From the NCBI GenBank assembly GCA_044222185.1, contig JBGANV010000004.1:352001-416000 (forward strand): a stretch of DNA of 64,000 nt. Direction: 5' to 3'. The position numbers were made by a program, and so were the translations under genes. Below are positions 8,887 through 18,647 of this stretch, piece after piece. Below the pieces are notes generated by a model. The model was not told where the DNA came from. It worked only from the letters and a program-made list of their open reading frames with translations, and ran no database searches. The DNA is from Planctomycetota bacterium (GTDB lineage Bacteria > Planctomycetota > GCA-002687715 > CAIWVZ01). Position 1 is the stretch's first letter; the number at the start of each line of letters is the position of its first letter.

Positions 8887-9079
8887 GGAGCGCCAGGCTC
8901 CGCCTGGCCGGACCGGGCAGGCTCCAGCCTGCCCGAGAACTCGCCGCGTGCGAAAGTTCCGCCCACAACGACGCCGCCGGACGTCGCGTGCCGATCGACG
9001 GGCTGCGAACGCGCGATCGTGGCGAACTCCGCGGCGGGCTGGAGCCCGCCGATCCGGCCGCGCTGGAGCGCGGCGTTCC
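8887..9079. repeat. REP-doublet/MITE-like element
   Basis: GGAGCGCCAGGCTCCGCCTGGC...GCCGCGCTGGAGCGCGGCGTTCC; same ends as 4416-4629 with a different interior. Confidence 0.75.
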
Positions 9080-9166
9080 TGGTCTTTAGATGGCGCGACC
9101 GATCGCCTATCCTGCCCGCCTCGAAACCACTTCGGCGCCGCCGTTTCGCGGTGCCGGGAGGCCGCC

Positions 9167-9217
9167 ATGCGATTCCGTGTGACTCACACCATCGCGACGA
9201 GCCTCGGGCGCGACTGA
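9167..9217 (+). CDS. Putative 16-aa leader peptide (MRFRVTHTIATSLGRD)
   Basis: GGAGG RBS just before the ATG; ends ~90 nt upstream of the rbfA-like gene. Confidence 0.45.
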   Translation: MRFRVTHTIATSLGRD

Positions 9218-9304
9218 TCGACATCCGCCGCACCGGGCTCTCGCCGTTCTTGGGCGAAATTCCAAGTCTCTGACGCGCTGATCGCGTCCCCGGAGAGAGT
9301 CCAC

Positions 9305-9709
9305 GTGAATCGAAAGTCCCGATGGGGGAAGGATCCGTCCCCCGGGCCCGACGACGGGCCGTCCCAGGATCCGCTCGTATCCAAGTTCTTCCATCCCGCG
9401 CCGAAGGCCGCCTTCGAGCGCAAGGCTCGCCAGCTTTGCGAGGAAGTCCGTCGCACCCTGGAGTTCGCGCTCGATTGGGAGTGTGACGACGACCTGCTCG
9501 CCGAGCTTTGGATCGCCGCCGTCGATCCGGCCCCCGACGCCTCACGCTTGCGCGTGTCGATCGAGATTCCGCCCGGCCGCGATCCCGTGGCCGTGCTCGA
9601 ACGCCTCGATCGCATGCGGCCGCGTCTGCGGGCGGAGGTCGCGAGAGCCGTGACGCGCAAGCGCGCGCCCGACTTCTTCTTCGCCGTGGGAAGCGGAGGT
9701 GACGCATGA
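9305..9709 (+). CDS. RbfA-like (ribosome-binding factor A paralogue) KH-II protein
   Basis: D..L.EL.I..V.PAPDASRLRV and RLRAEVARAVTRKRAP.F.F parallel RbfA motifs; N-terminal extension PGPDDG; GTG start with RBS GGAGAG. Confidence 0.75.
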   Translation: MNRKSRWGKDPSPGPDDGPSQDPLVSKFFHPAPKAAFERKARQLCEEVRRTLEFALDWECDDDLLAELWIAAVDPAPDASRLRVSIEIPPGRDPVAVLERLDRMRPRLRAEVARAVTRKRAPDFFFAVGSGGDA

Positions 9710-10848
9710 CTGCGCCGCACGGAGCGAACGTGCGCGTGTGGGCGGCTCATCGCCTCGCAGCGGACGTGCGCGGCATGATCGACCGCGTCGCCGCGTCGGC
9801 AGACGTCGTTCACGTCGCGGTGATGCCCGACGTCCACCTCGCCGAGGAGGTGTGCGTCGGGTGCGTCGTCGCCACCACGAACACGCTGTACCCGCAGGCC
9901 GTCGGCGGCGACATCGGGTGCGGCATGGCGGCGATGGCGCTCGAGGCGTCCGCCGACGACGTCGACGAGGTCCGCGCCGCGCGGATCCTCGACCGATGGG
10001 GCGCCGAGATCCCCGCGATCCGGCGTGCTCGCGCGAATCACGTCGCCATCCCCGACTCCGTGCTCGCGATGCCGCTCAGTCGTAGTGGCCTCGAGACGTG
10101 CCGAGACCGCGACGGCACCGTCGAGTTCGCCACGCTCGGGCGCGGGAACCACTTCATCGAGTTGCAGGCGGGCGACGACGATCGGCTCTGGCTGATGGTT
10201 CACAGTGGCTCACGGGCGATCGGGCCCGAGGTCCGCAATCATCACCTCTGGATCGCGCGCGCCGCAGGTGCGGCGGCGTACCTCGCAGGGCTCGGTGCGG
10301 ACCGCGACGACGGCCGTGACTATCTGGCCGACGTAGCCTTCGCCATCGCCTACGCGGAGGCGAGCCGGCGAGCCATGCTCGCGCGCGCCGCCGCGAGCGT
10401 CGCGGACGTCCTGCGATGCGCGATCGACGAGGCCTCGGTGATCACCTGCGTCCACAACTCCGTGCGGCGCGAGGTCCACGACGGACGCGCGTCGTGGGTG
10501 CATCGCAAGGGCGCTGCGCCCGCGGCCCACGGCGAGCCGGGCATCATCCCGGGATCCATGGGCGCCGAGAGCTTTCACGTCGTCGGACGTGGATGCTCGG
10601 CTGCGCTCGCCTCCAGTTCGCACGGAGCGGGCCGCGTGATGGCACGCGGCGACGCTCGCCGTCTCATCTCGCGTCGGCGACTCGAGCGCGAGATGGAGGG
10701 CGTGTGGTTCGACCATCGCCTCGCCGCGCGTCTCGTGGATGAAGCGCCCTCGGCCTACAAGGACATCGGCGAAGTGATGCGCGCACAGGCCGACCTCGTG
10801 CGCATCGAGCGGCGGCTGCGACCGCTCATCAGCTACAAGGGCGCGTGA
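9706..10848 (+). CDS. rtcB: RtcB-family RNA ligase (2',3'-cyclic/3'-phosphate to 5'-OH)
   Basis: MPDVH, GGDIGCG, TLGRGNHFIE, HSGSR, HN, HRKGA, PGSMG, SSSHGAGR, EAPSAYK and terminal KG all present. Confidence 0.95.
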   Translation: MTAPHGANVRVWAAHRLAADVRGMIDRVAASADVVHVAVMPDVHLAEEVCVGCVVATTNTLYPQAVGGDIGCGMAAMALEASADDVDEVRAARILDRWGAEIPAIRRARANHVAIPDSVLAMPLSRSGLETCRDRDGTVEFATLGRGNHFIELQAGDDDRLWLMVHSGSRAIGPEVRNHHLWIARAAGAAAYLAGLGADRDDGRDYLADVAFAIAYAEASRRAMLARAAASVADVLRCAIDEASVITCVHNSVRREVHDGRASWVHRKGAAPAAHGEPGIIPGSMGAESFHVVGRGCSAALASSSHGAGRVMARGDARRLISRRRLEREMEGVWFDHRLAARLVDEAPSAYKDIGEVMRAQADLVRIERRLRPLISYKGA

Positions 10849-10907
10849 CGGGCCGTTGCTCCCCGATCGCCGCAGGCAGGTCGCGGCCCCGCAACGACTT
10901 GCGCCGT

Positions 10908-10925
10908 CCTTGACATCCGTCAAGG
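10908..10925. promoter_or_regulatory. FNR/DNR-type box upstream of qNor
   Basis: CCTTGAC-ATCC-GTCAAGG, perfect TTGA-N6-TCAA palindrome ~80 bp before the start. Confidence 0.8.
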
Positions 10926-11004
10926 AGCGGCGCGCCGCGCTTTCCGATGATCCTGCCGAACGCCGCGCGCGCTCGTGCCAGCGGCCTGGAAAGCGAGGTT
11001 CGTC

Positions 11005-13359
11005 ATGTCGGTGCTGTCGAAGTTCACGATCGGGCGAGTCCTGGTCTTCACGGTGGTCGTCGGGTTCTCGGTGCTGCTCTTCGGTGGGTGGCAGCTCTTC
11101 CGCAACCGGGCGCCGATCCCGGGCCGGGTCACGAGCGAAGCCGGCGAGGTCGTGTTCACCCACGATCAGATCCTGGGCGGCCAGGCCGTCTACCAGAAGT
11201 ACGGACTCATGGACTGGGGCTCGGTCCTCGGACACGGCACGTACTTCGGGCCGGACTTCACCGCCGAACTCCTCCACAAGCGCGTGGAGCTCCTGCGCGC
11301 GGCCGAGGCGACGGCGCGCGGCGGCAAGGCCTACTCTGATCTGGATGCGAGCGCGCGTGCGGCCATCGACGCCGCCGTGAAGGCGCAGATCAAGCTCAAC
11401 CGCTACGACGAAGCTCGTGACACGCTTATCCTCGCACCGAGCGACGTGACCGCGTTCCGCACGATCGAGGCGGACGTCCGGCGCCGCTTCACGCAAGGCG
11501 AACCGGGTCGCGCCATGCCCGCGGGAGTGGTGAGCGAATCCCACATGCCCGCCGAGCGCGCGTGGGTCGCGAGCGGTGATCAGATCCACCAGCTCGCCTC
11601 GTTCTTCTGGTGGACGTCGTGGATCGCGGGCACGAAGCGCCCCGACCGTGACTCCACCTACACGAACAACTGGCCTTTCGACGAGGACGCGGGCAACACG
11701 CTCTCGGCCGGCGCCATCACGTGGAGCGGAGTCTCGGTGGCGGGCTTGCTCCTCCTCCTGCCCATCGTCCTGCTCGTGTGGTTCCGTGGCCGCTACATGA
11801 TGGAGGACGCGTATCCGGAAGGGCAGTTCCCGCGGCAGGAACTCTCGTGGCTGCCGGTCTTCCCGAGCCAGCGCAAGACGATCAAGTACTTCGTGACCGC
11901 GGGCGCGCTCTTCCTCGTGCAGACGCTGCTCGGCGCCTACATGGCGCACTACTACGTGGAGGATGGTTTCTACGGCGTCGACCTCTCGAGCATCCTGCCG
12001 TTCAACGTGGCGAAGACGTGGCACCTCCAGCTCGCCATCTTCTGGATCGCGACGGCCTGGCTCGGCATGGGCATCTACGTGGCGCCGCTGATCGGCGGCC
12101 GCGAGCCGAAGAAGCAGGGACTCCTCGTCGATCTGCTCTATGGCGCGCTCGTGTTCGTCGCCGTGGGCTCGCTCGCCGGTGAGTGGCTCGGCGTGAAGGG
12201 CCGCCTCGGCAATGCGTGGTGGTGGCTTGGACACTCGGGTTGGGAACTCGTGGAGCTGGGCAAGGTGTGGCAGATCCTCCTCGCCGTCGGCTTCGGCCTG
12301 TGGCTCGCGATCATCTGGCGCGGCGTCCGCGCGGCGATCCAGGGCAACAACGACCGGCCGGGCCTGGTCAAGCTGTTCATGGTGAGCGCCGTCGCGATCC
12401 CGTCCATGTTCGCGGCGAGCTTCCTCATCACGCCGGGCAGCCACCTGACCATGGCGGACTACTGGCGTTGGTGGGTGATCCACCTGTGGGTCGAAGGCAT
12501 GTTCGAAGTGTTCGCCGTCGTCGCCCTGGGGCTCATCATGGTCCACATGGGACTCGTCACCGCATCGTCGACCGCGCGTGCGCTCAAGTTCCAGCTCACG
12601 CTGCTCCTCGGCAGCGGGATCGTCGGCATCGGACACCACTACTACTGGATCGGAACGAACGACTTCTGGGTCGCCATGGGAAGCGTGTTCAGCGCCCTCG
12701 AGGTGGTGCCGCTGACGCTGCTCGCCGTGGAGGCGGCCGAACAGTGGATGGTGATCAAGCGCGGCGGGCGTGAGTTCCCGTACAAGCACGCGTTCGGGTT
12801 CCTCGTCGCCGTGGCGTTCTGGAATCTCTTCGGCGCCGGCGTGCTCGGGTTCTTCATCAACCTGCCCGTCGTCAACTACTTCGAGCACGGATCGATGCTG
12901 ACGGCCAATCACGGCCACGGCGCGACGATGGGCGTCTTCGGCATGCTGGCGATCGCGCTCGCGCTGTGGTGCTCGCGCAACGTCGTGAAGGAGGATCGCT
13001 GGACGAACCGGCTGTTCACCACGAGCCTGTGGGGCCTCAACATCGGCCTCTTCGGCATGGTGGTGATGACGCTCACGCCGGTCGGCGTGATGCAGATGCT
13101 CGAGTCGATCCGCCACGGGTTCTGGTCGGCGCGCACGCTGGAGTTCTACCGGCAGGACACCGTGAACACGCTCTTGTGGCTGCGCATGATCCCCGACTCG
13201 ATCTTCATCGGCTTCGGCGTGATCCCGCTCCTGATCGGGCTCGTGCGCGGGCTCCTGAACCTCCGCCCCGCGACGCCCATCGAGTCCGAGATCGATCGCC
13301 GCGTGCGGCGCATCGGCGTGACCGAACCCGAAGTCGAGCTCGTCGGCCAGACTCGCTGA
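11005..13359 (+). CDS. norZ: Quinol-dependent nitric oxide reductase (qNor)
   Basis: GSVLGHGTYFGPDFTA, YTNNWP, TWHLQL, WWVIHLWVEGMFEVF, GIGHHYY, HGH, LRMIPD; RBS GAGG before ATG 11005. Confidence 0.95.
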   Translation: MSVLSKFTIGRVLVFTVVVGFSVLLFGGWQLFRNRAPIPGRVTSEAGEVVFTHDQILGGQAVYQKYGLMDWGSVLGHGTYFGPDFTAELLHKRVELLRAAEATARGGKAYSDLDASARAAIDAAVKAQIKLNRYDEARDTLILAPSDVTAFRTIEADVRRRFTQGEPGRAMPAGVVSESHMPAERAWVASGDQIHQLASFFWWTSWIAGTKRPDRDSTYTNNWPFDEDAGNTLSAGAITWSGVSVAGLLLLLPIVLLVWFRGRYMMEDAYPEGQFPRQELSWLPVFPSQRKTIKYFVTAGALFLVQTLLGAYMAHYYVEDGFYGVDLSSILPFNVAKTWHLQLAIFWIATAWLGMGIYVAPLIGGREPKKQGLLVDLLYGALVFVAVGSLAGEWLGVKGRLGNAWWWLGHSGWELVELGKVWQILLAVGFGLWLAIIWRGVRAAIQGNNDRPGLVKLFMVSAVAIPSMFAASFLITPGSHLTMADYWRWWVIHLWVEGMFEVFAVVALGLIMVHMGLVTASSTARALKFQLTLLLGSGIVGIGHHYYWIGTNDFWVAMGSVFSALEVVPLTLLAVEAAEQWMVIKRGGREFPYKHAFGFLVAVAFWNLFGAGVLGFFINLPVVNYFEHGSMLTANHGHGATMGVFGMLAIALALWCSRNVVKEDRWTNRLFTTSLWGLNIGLFGMVVMTLTPVGVMQMLESIRHGFWSARTLEFYRQDTVNTLLWLRMIPDSIFIGFGVIPLLIGLVRGLLNLRPATPIESEIDRRVRRIGVTEPEVELVGQTR

Positions 13360-13374
13360 CGGACGCGCCGCGCG

Positions 13375-15633
13375 TCAGCGCTTGCGACTCTCCGCGCCTT
13401 GCGTGTCGCCACGCAGGGCGCGGTTCACTTGGGCGAGCAGCTCATCGGCGCGAGACACGGGCTCGAAGCAGAGCGTGTCGATGCAGACGGTGGCGCGGAC
13501 GCGGTCGGTGGGGACATCGTCCCGCGTCAACACGACGTGGGGTGAGTAGCCGACCGTGATCGGGGCCCGCAGCAATCGCGCGACGGCGATGGGGCCCCCG
13601 AGTGCCACGCGCGCCACGGGCCGGGCCACGAGGTCCCAGGCGATGAGGCCGTACGTGGAATCCACGGGTGACTTCGCCACGTCGACCGACACGGCGTCGA
13701 GCGCGCGACGGGCCGCATCGAGATCCGCCGGCTCGCCGCTGATGCGCGCCAGCCGGGCGAGGGCCACGTTCATCTGCGAGATCCCCGAAGGCCATGCTCC
13801 GTCGTGGACTTCGCGCGTGCGGAAGATGAGGTCGGGCTCGACCGAGTCGAAGAACCCGCCGTCCGACGCGCCGAACCGTGCCCGCGTCGCCGTCGTGAGG
13901 CTTCGCGCTCGCTCGAGCCAGCCCGGATCGAGCGTGAGTTCGTGGAGGTCGAGGAACGCCTCGATCATCGCCGCCTGATCACTCAGCTCGCCCGCGGGGC
14001 TGGCATCGCCGACCGAGAGCCGACGCGCGTAGAGACCGTCCGACCGCAGCGATTTCGACGTCAGCACGCGGACGATCTCGACGGCCGCGTCGCGATAGCG
14101 GACGTCGTTCAGTGCAAGCGACGCGCGCGCGAGCGCGGACGCGAACCATGCGTTCCACCCCGTGATCACGTGATCGACCCGCGCCGGTTGCGGGCGCACG
14201 CGTCGGGCCGCGAGGAGCTTCCCGCGGGCTTCGCGGAGCGCGCTCTCGACGGCGTCGAGCCCGAGGCCCAGGGTCTTCGCGACTTCGGCGGGCGCTCGGC
14301 GCTCCGCGATCGTCTCCTCACCCGATCCCGCGGGCGGGCGATCGAACCCGGCCCAGCTCGTGAACGCCGCGAGTTCGGTGCCCGACAAGACGGCCGCGAC
14401 CTGCTCGCGCGTCCACAAGTACGTTGCGCCCTCGACTCCGTCCGTCGTCGCGTCGAACGCCGCGATGAATCCACCACTGGCCGCGCGCATGTCGCGCAGG
14501 GTGAAATCCAGCACCTCGCGCGCCAGGGATGTGTACGTTTCGTCGCCAGTCGCCTGCGACAGCTCGATCAGGACGCGGGCGTTCAGCGCCTGGTCGTAGA
14601 GCATCTTCTCGAAATGCGGCACCTGCCAGGCGCGGTCGGTCGAATAGCGGTGAAAGCCGCCGGCCAGATGATCGCGGATGCCTCCGCGCGCCATGGCGTC
14701 GTATTGGTGCCGGACGGCGTCGAGTGGGGCGCTCACGTCGCGAGATCTGGCCCACTGACGCAACAGGAGGAGCGACAGGGTCGGCGACGGGAACTTGGGG
14801 GCGAGTCCGAACCCGCCCTTTTCGTCCTCGAGATCCTTCAGGCGATCGGCCGCGACGCGCATGGGGTCGGAGGGCCGCGACGTCGTCTCCCTGCGCTCGC
14901 CCCAGACCCCCAGGACTTCCAGTGCGCGGCGCTGTTCTGGATCGAGCTGGTCGAGCGGACGCGACGGCTTGCTTGCGGCCGCGCCCGGCACGGCCTTGGC
15001 GCGGGCGTCGAGCTCATCGAACGGGAGGTTGGCGAGCGTCATCACGCGCGCCAGCCCGTCGGCTGCGTCGGTCAACGTCTGCCGCTTTTCCTTCCACGCT
15101 TCTGCGACTGAATGGACGAGCGTGCGGAAGCCGCGTTGGTTCGGTCCGTCATCGGGCGGGAAATAGGTCCCCGCAAAGAACGGCTTGCGGTCCGGTGTCA
15201 GGAAGAGGTTCAGCGGCCAGCCGCCCTCGCCGATGGCGCGCACGGCCGCTTGCATGTAGACGCGGTCGACGTCGGGGCGCTCCTCGCGATCGACCTTGAT
15301 CGAGACGAACGACGCGTTCAGCTCGGCGGCGATCGCAACGTCCTCGAACGACTCCCGCTCCATCACGTGGCACCAATGGCAGGACGCGTACCCGATGGAG
15401 AGGAAGATCGGCTTCTGCTCGCGGACGGCACGGGCGAAGGCCTCTTCGCCCCACGGGTACCAGTTCACCGGGTTGTGACCGTGCTGGCGAAGGTAAGGGC
15501 TCGCTTCCTTCGCGAGACGGTTCTCGTAGGCCGGCCGGGTCGATGTCGGGGTCGACTCCTGCGCTGCGCCGATCGTCGCGAGGGCGATCGAAACGATCGC
15601 AACCAGACTGCGCCGCTCAACTCCGCGGCGCAA
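13375..15633 (-). CDS. YyaL/SSP411 (DUF255) thioredoxin-domain protein, exported
   Basis: [42 protein letters not shown]; signal-like N-terminus. Confidence 0.92.
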   Translation of the reverse strand: MRRGVERRSLVAIVSIALATIGAAQESTPTSTRPAYENRLAKEASPYLRQHGHNPVNWYPWGEEAFARAVREQKPIFLSIGYASCHWCHVMERESFEDVAIAAELNASFVSIKVDREERPDVDRVYMQAAVRAIGEGGWPLNLFLTPDRKPFFAGTYFPPDDGPNQRGFRTLVHSVAEAWKEKRQTLTDAADGLARVMTLANLPFDELDARAKAVPGAAASKPSRPLDQLDPEQRRALEVLGVWGERRETTSRPSDPMRVAADRLKDLEDEKGGFGLAPKFPSPTLSLLLLRQWARSRDVSAPLDAVRHQYDAMARGGIRDHLAGGFHRYSTDRAWQVPHFEKMLYDQALNARVLIELSQATGDETYTSLAREVLDFTLRDMRAASGGFIAAFDATTDGVEGATYLWTREQVAAVLSGTELAAFTSWAGFDRPPAGSGEETIAERRAPAEVAKTLGLGLDAVESALREARGKLLAARRVRPQPARVDHVITGWNAWFASALARASLALNDVRYRDAAVEIVRVLTSKSLRSDGLYARRLSVGDASPAGELSDQAAMIEAFLDLHELTLDPGWLERARSLTTATRARFGASDGGFFDSVEPDLIFRTREVHDGAWPSGISQMNVALARLARISGEPADLDAARRALDAVSVDVAKSPVDSTYGLIAWDLVARPVARVALGGPIAVARLLRAPITVGYSPHVVLTRDDVPTDRVRATVCIDTLCFEPVSRADELLAQVNRALRGDTQGAESRKR

Positions 15634-16168
15634 TGAACGCCTCGCGGTAGTACCGAAGCTCGGCGACGGACTCGCGAATGTCAGCCAGGGCGTCGTGCAG
15701 GTTCTTCTTCGGCGGCGGCGAGTACTTGTCCGGGTACCAGCGCTTCAACACTTCCTTGAACGAGCTCACGTCCACGTTGCGGTAGTGGACGAAGTCGTGG
15801 AGCTTCCGCATGCCGTGCCAGAGGAAGATGCGGTCGTTCCAGATGGAGTTGCCGCAGAGCGGCGCGTTCTGGGGAAGCACGTGCTGCTTCAGGAACTCCA
15901 GCGTGAGGCGCTCGGCGTCGGCGCGCGAGGTGGTGGACTGGCGGACCCGGTCTATCAACCCCGACTTCGTGAACGTGTCGCGCGACCAGTCGGAGAGCGT
16001 CAACAGCTCGTCCTCCGTCGCGTGGCAGACGAAGCTCGGGCCTTCGGCGACCAGTTCCAACTCGCCGGTGGTGACGATCGTGGCGATTTCGATGATCTGG
16101 CAGCGCGTGGGATCGAGTCCGGTCATCTCCAGATCGACCCAGACGAGTCTGTCGGCATTCGCGGGCAT
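15617..16168 (-). CDS. orn: Oligoribonuclease
   Basis: [39 protein letters not shown]; RBS GGAGG before ATG 16168. Confidence 0.95.
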   Translation of the reverse strand: MPANADRLVWVDLEMTGLDPTRCQIIEIATIVTTGELELVAEGPSFVCHATEDELLTLSDWSRDTFTKSGLIDRVRQSTTSRADAERLTLEFLKQHVLPQNAPLCGNSIWNDRIFLWHGMRKLHDFVHYRNVDVSSFKEVLKRWYPDKYSPPPKKNLHDALADIRESVAELRYYREAFIAPRS

Positions 16169-16235
16169 GGAGCCTCCGTCCGTGAGACGGAGCATAGACG
16201 CATGCCAGTCCACCCGAAAGGCGGAGACGGTCGGG

Positions 16236-17480
16236 CTACTTCGAGAGGACCCACTCCCGCCAGCCTGCCTCGAGCGTCACGAGGTCGACGTTCCAGGTGT
16301 CTCGCACGGCGAGCGAAAGTGCCTTCGTCCGCGAGGATCTCGGGAGCGATGAAGCCAGTTCGTCGACGAAGAGCGCGAACTTCGCCGGGTCGAGCGCGAT
16401 CAGATAGCGCACGAGGCTCGCGGCTTCGGCCCTTGGGAGCGGACCGATGGCGCGGATCGGCATGAGGCTGAGGGCCGCGATCGATGCCCCCTTGCCCGCA
16501 TTCACCCGCTCGAACGCCGCCTTCGTCGCGTCGACGAGCGGTTCCTGTCCCGGCCTGAACGTCGAAGGCTCCAGCGCGAACGCGCGGAGGTCCCGAGCCT
16601 GGATCACGTCCGCGAGTCCCACCTCGAGCCATGGGGGCAGCACCGAGTCCTCCGAGCCAGCCAGCCCTCGCATGAGCTGGAGCGCGGCGCTCCAGTCGAA
16701 CCGACGGCGCTGCGCGGCGGTGTCGTCCTCCGAAAGCGTCAACGTCGCCATCGGTCCGTGATCGAAAAGCCCGCCGCCGAGCGCCCAAGTGTCGGGCGGG
16801 AGTCCCTGCCCGGCGAACGCGGCGGCGGCCACGTCCGTCGAGAAGAGAAATAGTTGGGCGCTCAGCGGCGTGCGAATGCTGTCGGTGCGGAGCGGGTCGG
16901 CGGCCCAGCCGCGCCCGTTCGCGTCGAGGAGTGCCGCGAGGGCGGCCTCGACTTGCAAGAGACGTTCAGCCCAGACGTGCGCGACCTGATGGGCGGTCAG
17001 CGCAGTGCACTGGGGTGGGAAACCCGGAAACACCACCCGAAGGCGTTCCACTTCGGCTTGCGTGAGGTCCGTGACCTTCGCCTTCGGAACGCAGACGACG
17101 AGACTCGCGTGATGCGTGTCGATCACGATCGGGTCCACGCCGGAGATCGCCTTGAGCCACGGCATCACGCTTCGAGGGTCGCGTCCCAGGATCTGCCGCG
17201 TGGTCCACGCGGTCTGCTGCGGCCGGGCGGCCTGCTGCCTCGCCTGGATGCAGGTCCGACAGGCGCTCGCGAGTGCGACGTACGGTTCCGTGGGGCCATG
17301 CCGCGACGGCGGCGGAGGCGCATTGACCCACGACATGCCCGTGGCGGCAGTCTGCGGCCTGACGCGGAGCGAGTCAGGCACTGCCACGGACGCGGTCGTC
17401 GTCCCGTGTTGCGCGTGGGCCGCTCCCTGGAGCACGAGGCCCATGATGATTGCGCACAGACTGAGTTTCAGACGAGTCAT
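16236..17480 (-). CDS. Hypothetical exported protein
   Basis: Signal peptide MTRLKL...AHA; LPPWLEVGLA resembles a degenerate gluzincin-type segment. Confidence 0.65.
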   Translation of the reverse strand: MTRLKLSLCAIIMGLVLQGAAHAQHGTTTASVAVPDSLRVRPQTAATGMSWVNAPPPPSRHGPTEPYVALASACRTCIQARQQAARPQQTAWTTRQILGRDPRSVMPWLKAISGVDPIVIDTHHASLVVCVPKAKVTDLTQAEVERLRVVFPGFPPQCTALTAHQVAHVWAERLLQVEAALAALLDANGRGWAADPLRTDSIRTPLSAQLFLFSTDVAAAAFAGQGLPPDTWALGGGLFDHGPMATLTLSEDDTAAQRRRFDWSAALQLMRGLAGSEDSVLPPWLEVGLADVIQARDLRAFALEPSTFRPGQEPLVDATKAAFERVNAGKGASIAALSLMPIRAIGPLPRAEAASLVRYLIALDPAKFALFVDELASSLPRSSRTKALSLAVRDTWNVDLVTLEAGWREWVLSK

Positions 17481-17675
17481 GGAATTCGATCGAGGAAGCA
17501 GCCTTGCCACCCCAAGTCGCCGCGCGGTTCCGACATCGTCGACCGACGACGGTCGCGCGGCGATACGTGCAATCCTCCCGACCGGCGCCGGCCCTTCCTG
17601 TCCATTGCCCTGGAGTTCAGATGTGCCTGAAATCACCTGCGCAACGCCGGCCGAAGAGGACCTCACGGTTTTCGA

Positions 17676-18647
17676 TCACTTCGTAGCGGGCATTCGGAGA
17701 GCGGCGATCGAGTTGTCGCAGGCATCCCCGCGAACCTTCAACTTGCCGAGTTCCTCGACGATGTCCTCACGCTCGTGGCCGCAGTCCGGGCACACGACTC
17801 CGCCTTCGATCTGCTTCGCGCGATGGTCGACGTAGGCCTTCGACTTCAGGAGCGCGTCCATCTGCGGAGCCTTCTCCGCCAGATTGACCTTCATCTCCTT
17901 CCCGTACGCGATCTCGAGCGTGTCGTAGGCGCCGTTGAACTTCCGCTGGCCTGCGATCTGGGCCATCTCGGCGCCGTCGCGTCCGAAGACGTAGAGGCGC
18001 GCGTCACCGGCCTTCGTTCCGGTCGCATCGACCTTGAAGCAGTTGAAGAAGTTCGCGGCCGTCTTGAAGCGCGAGTCGCTCTCGAGTGCCGAGAGGAGCC
18101 GCTTGTGGTCCGCGTTGCCGGAATCGAAGACGATGACGATCGACGGGCGATCGTCACGCGCCCAGCCGCCCTGGGCCTGCGGCAGTTTCACGCCGTCCGC
18201 GATCGTACCGACGGACGAGCCGTACCCCTCGCGTTGCACGACTGGGAGGAACACGCTCTTCCACGGGATCGTGACCTTCTCGTCCCACATGGACAGCATG
18301 CCCTTGGACTTGCCCGGCGTCGCCATTCCGCCCGTCGTGCGGCCTGCGGCCCCATGCGGAGCGGCCGCCGTCGCGCCCGGAGTGAAAGTCGTTGGCGCAC
18401 CCGTGGTGCCGCCAGTGGCATTTCCACCGCCGGTCGTCGTGCCCGTGACCGCGCCACCCGTGGGGCCATTGAACTCGGGAGTCGGGGCCCCGCCGACGGG
18501 CGTCTGAGTCGGGTTTCCGCCACCCATGGCCGGCGGCGGCGGTGGTGGCGGTGGCGGCGGCGACCAGCCGTGAGCCAGAACCGGGGCTGCGATGACGGCT
18601 GCAACCAGCAGCCGGCGCAGAGTGGTCGAGAACGTGTCGGGTGTCAT
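17676..18647 (-). CDS. Hypothetical exported protein with poly-Pro and Gly/Thr-rich linker
   Basis: RBS AAGGAG, signal peptide, run of ten Pro, possible thioredoxin-like core, CPDCGH near the C-terminus. Confidence 0.75.
   Translation of the reverse strand: MTPDTFSTTLRRLLVAAVIAAPVLAHGWSPPPPPPPPPPAMGGGNPTQTPVGGAPTPEFNGPTGGAVTGTTTGGGNATGGTTGAPTTFTPGATAAAPHGAAGRTTGGMATPGKSKGMLSMWDEKVTIPWKSVFLPVVQREGYGSSVGTIADGVKLPQAQGGWARDDRPSIVIVFDSGNADHKRLLSALESDSRFKTAANFFNCFKVDATGTKAGDARLYVFGRDGAEMAQIAGQRKFNGAYDTLEIAYGKEMKVNLAEKAPQMDALLKSKAYVDHRAKQIEGGVVCPDCGHEREDIVEELGKLKVRGDACDNSIAALRMPATK

Noticed and set aside
4416-9079. Composite transposon bounded by the two repeat elements
   Set aside because: No transposase or target-site duplication seen; the elements also occur elsewhere, so the bracketing may be coincidental.
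11005-13359. Possible NO dismutase (Nod) rather than qNor
   Set aside because: Canonical HLWVEG, HH and quinol-site residues (AHY, RMIPD) are retained.
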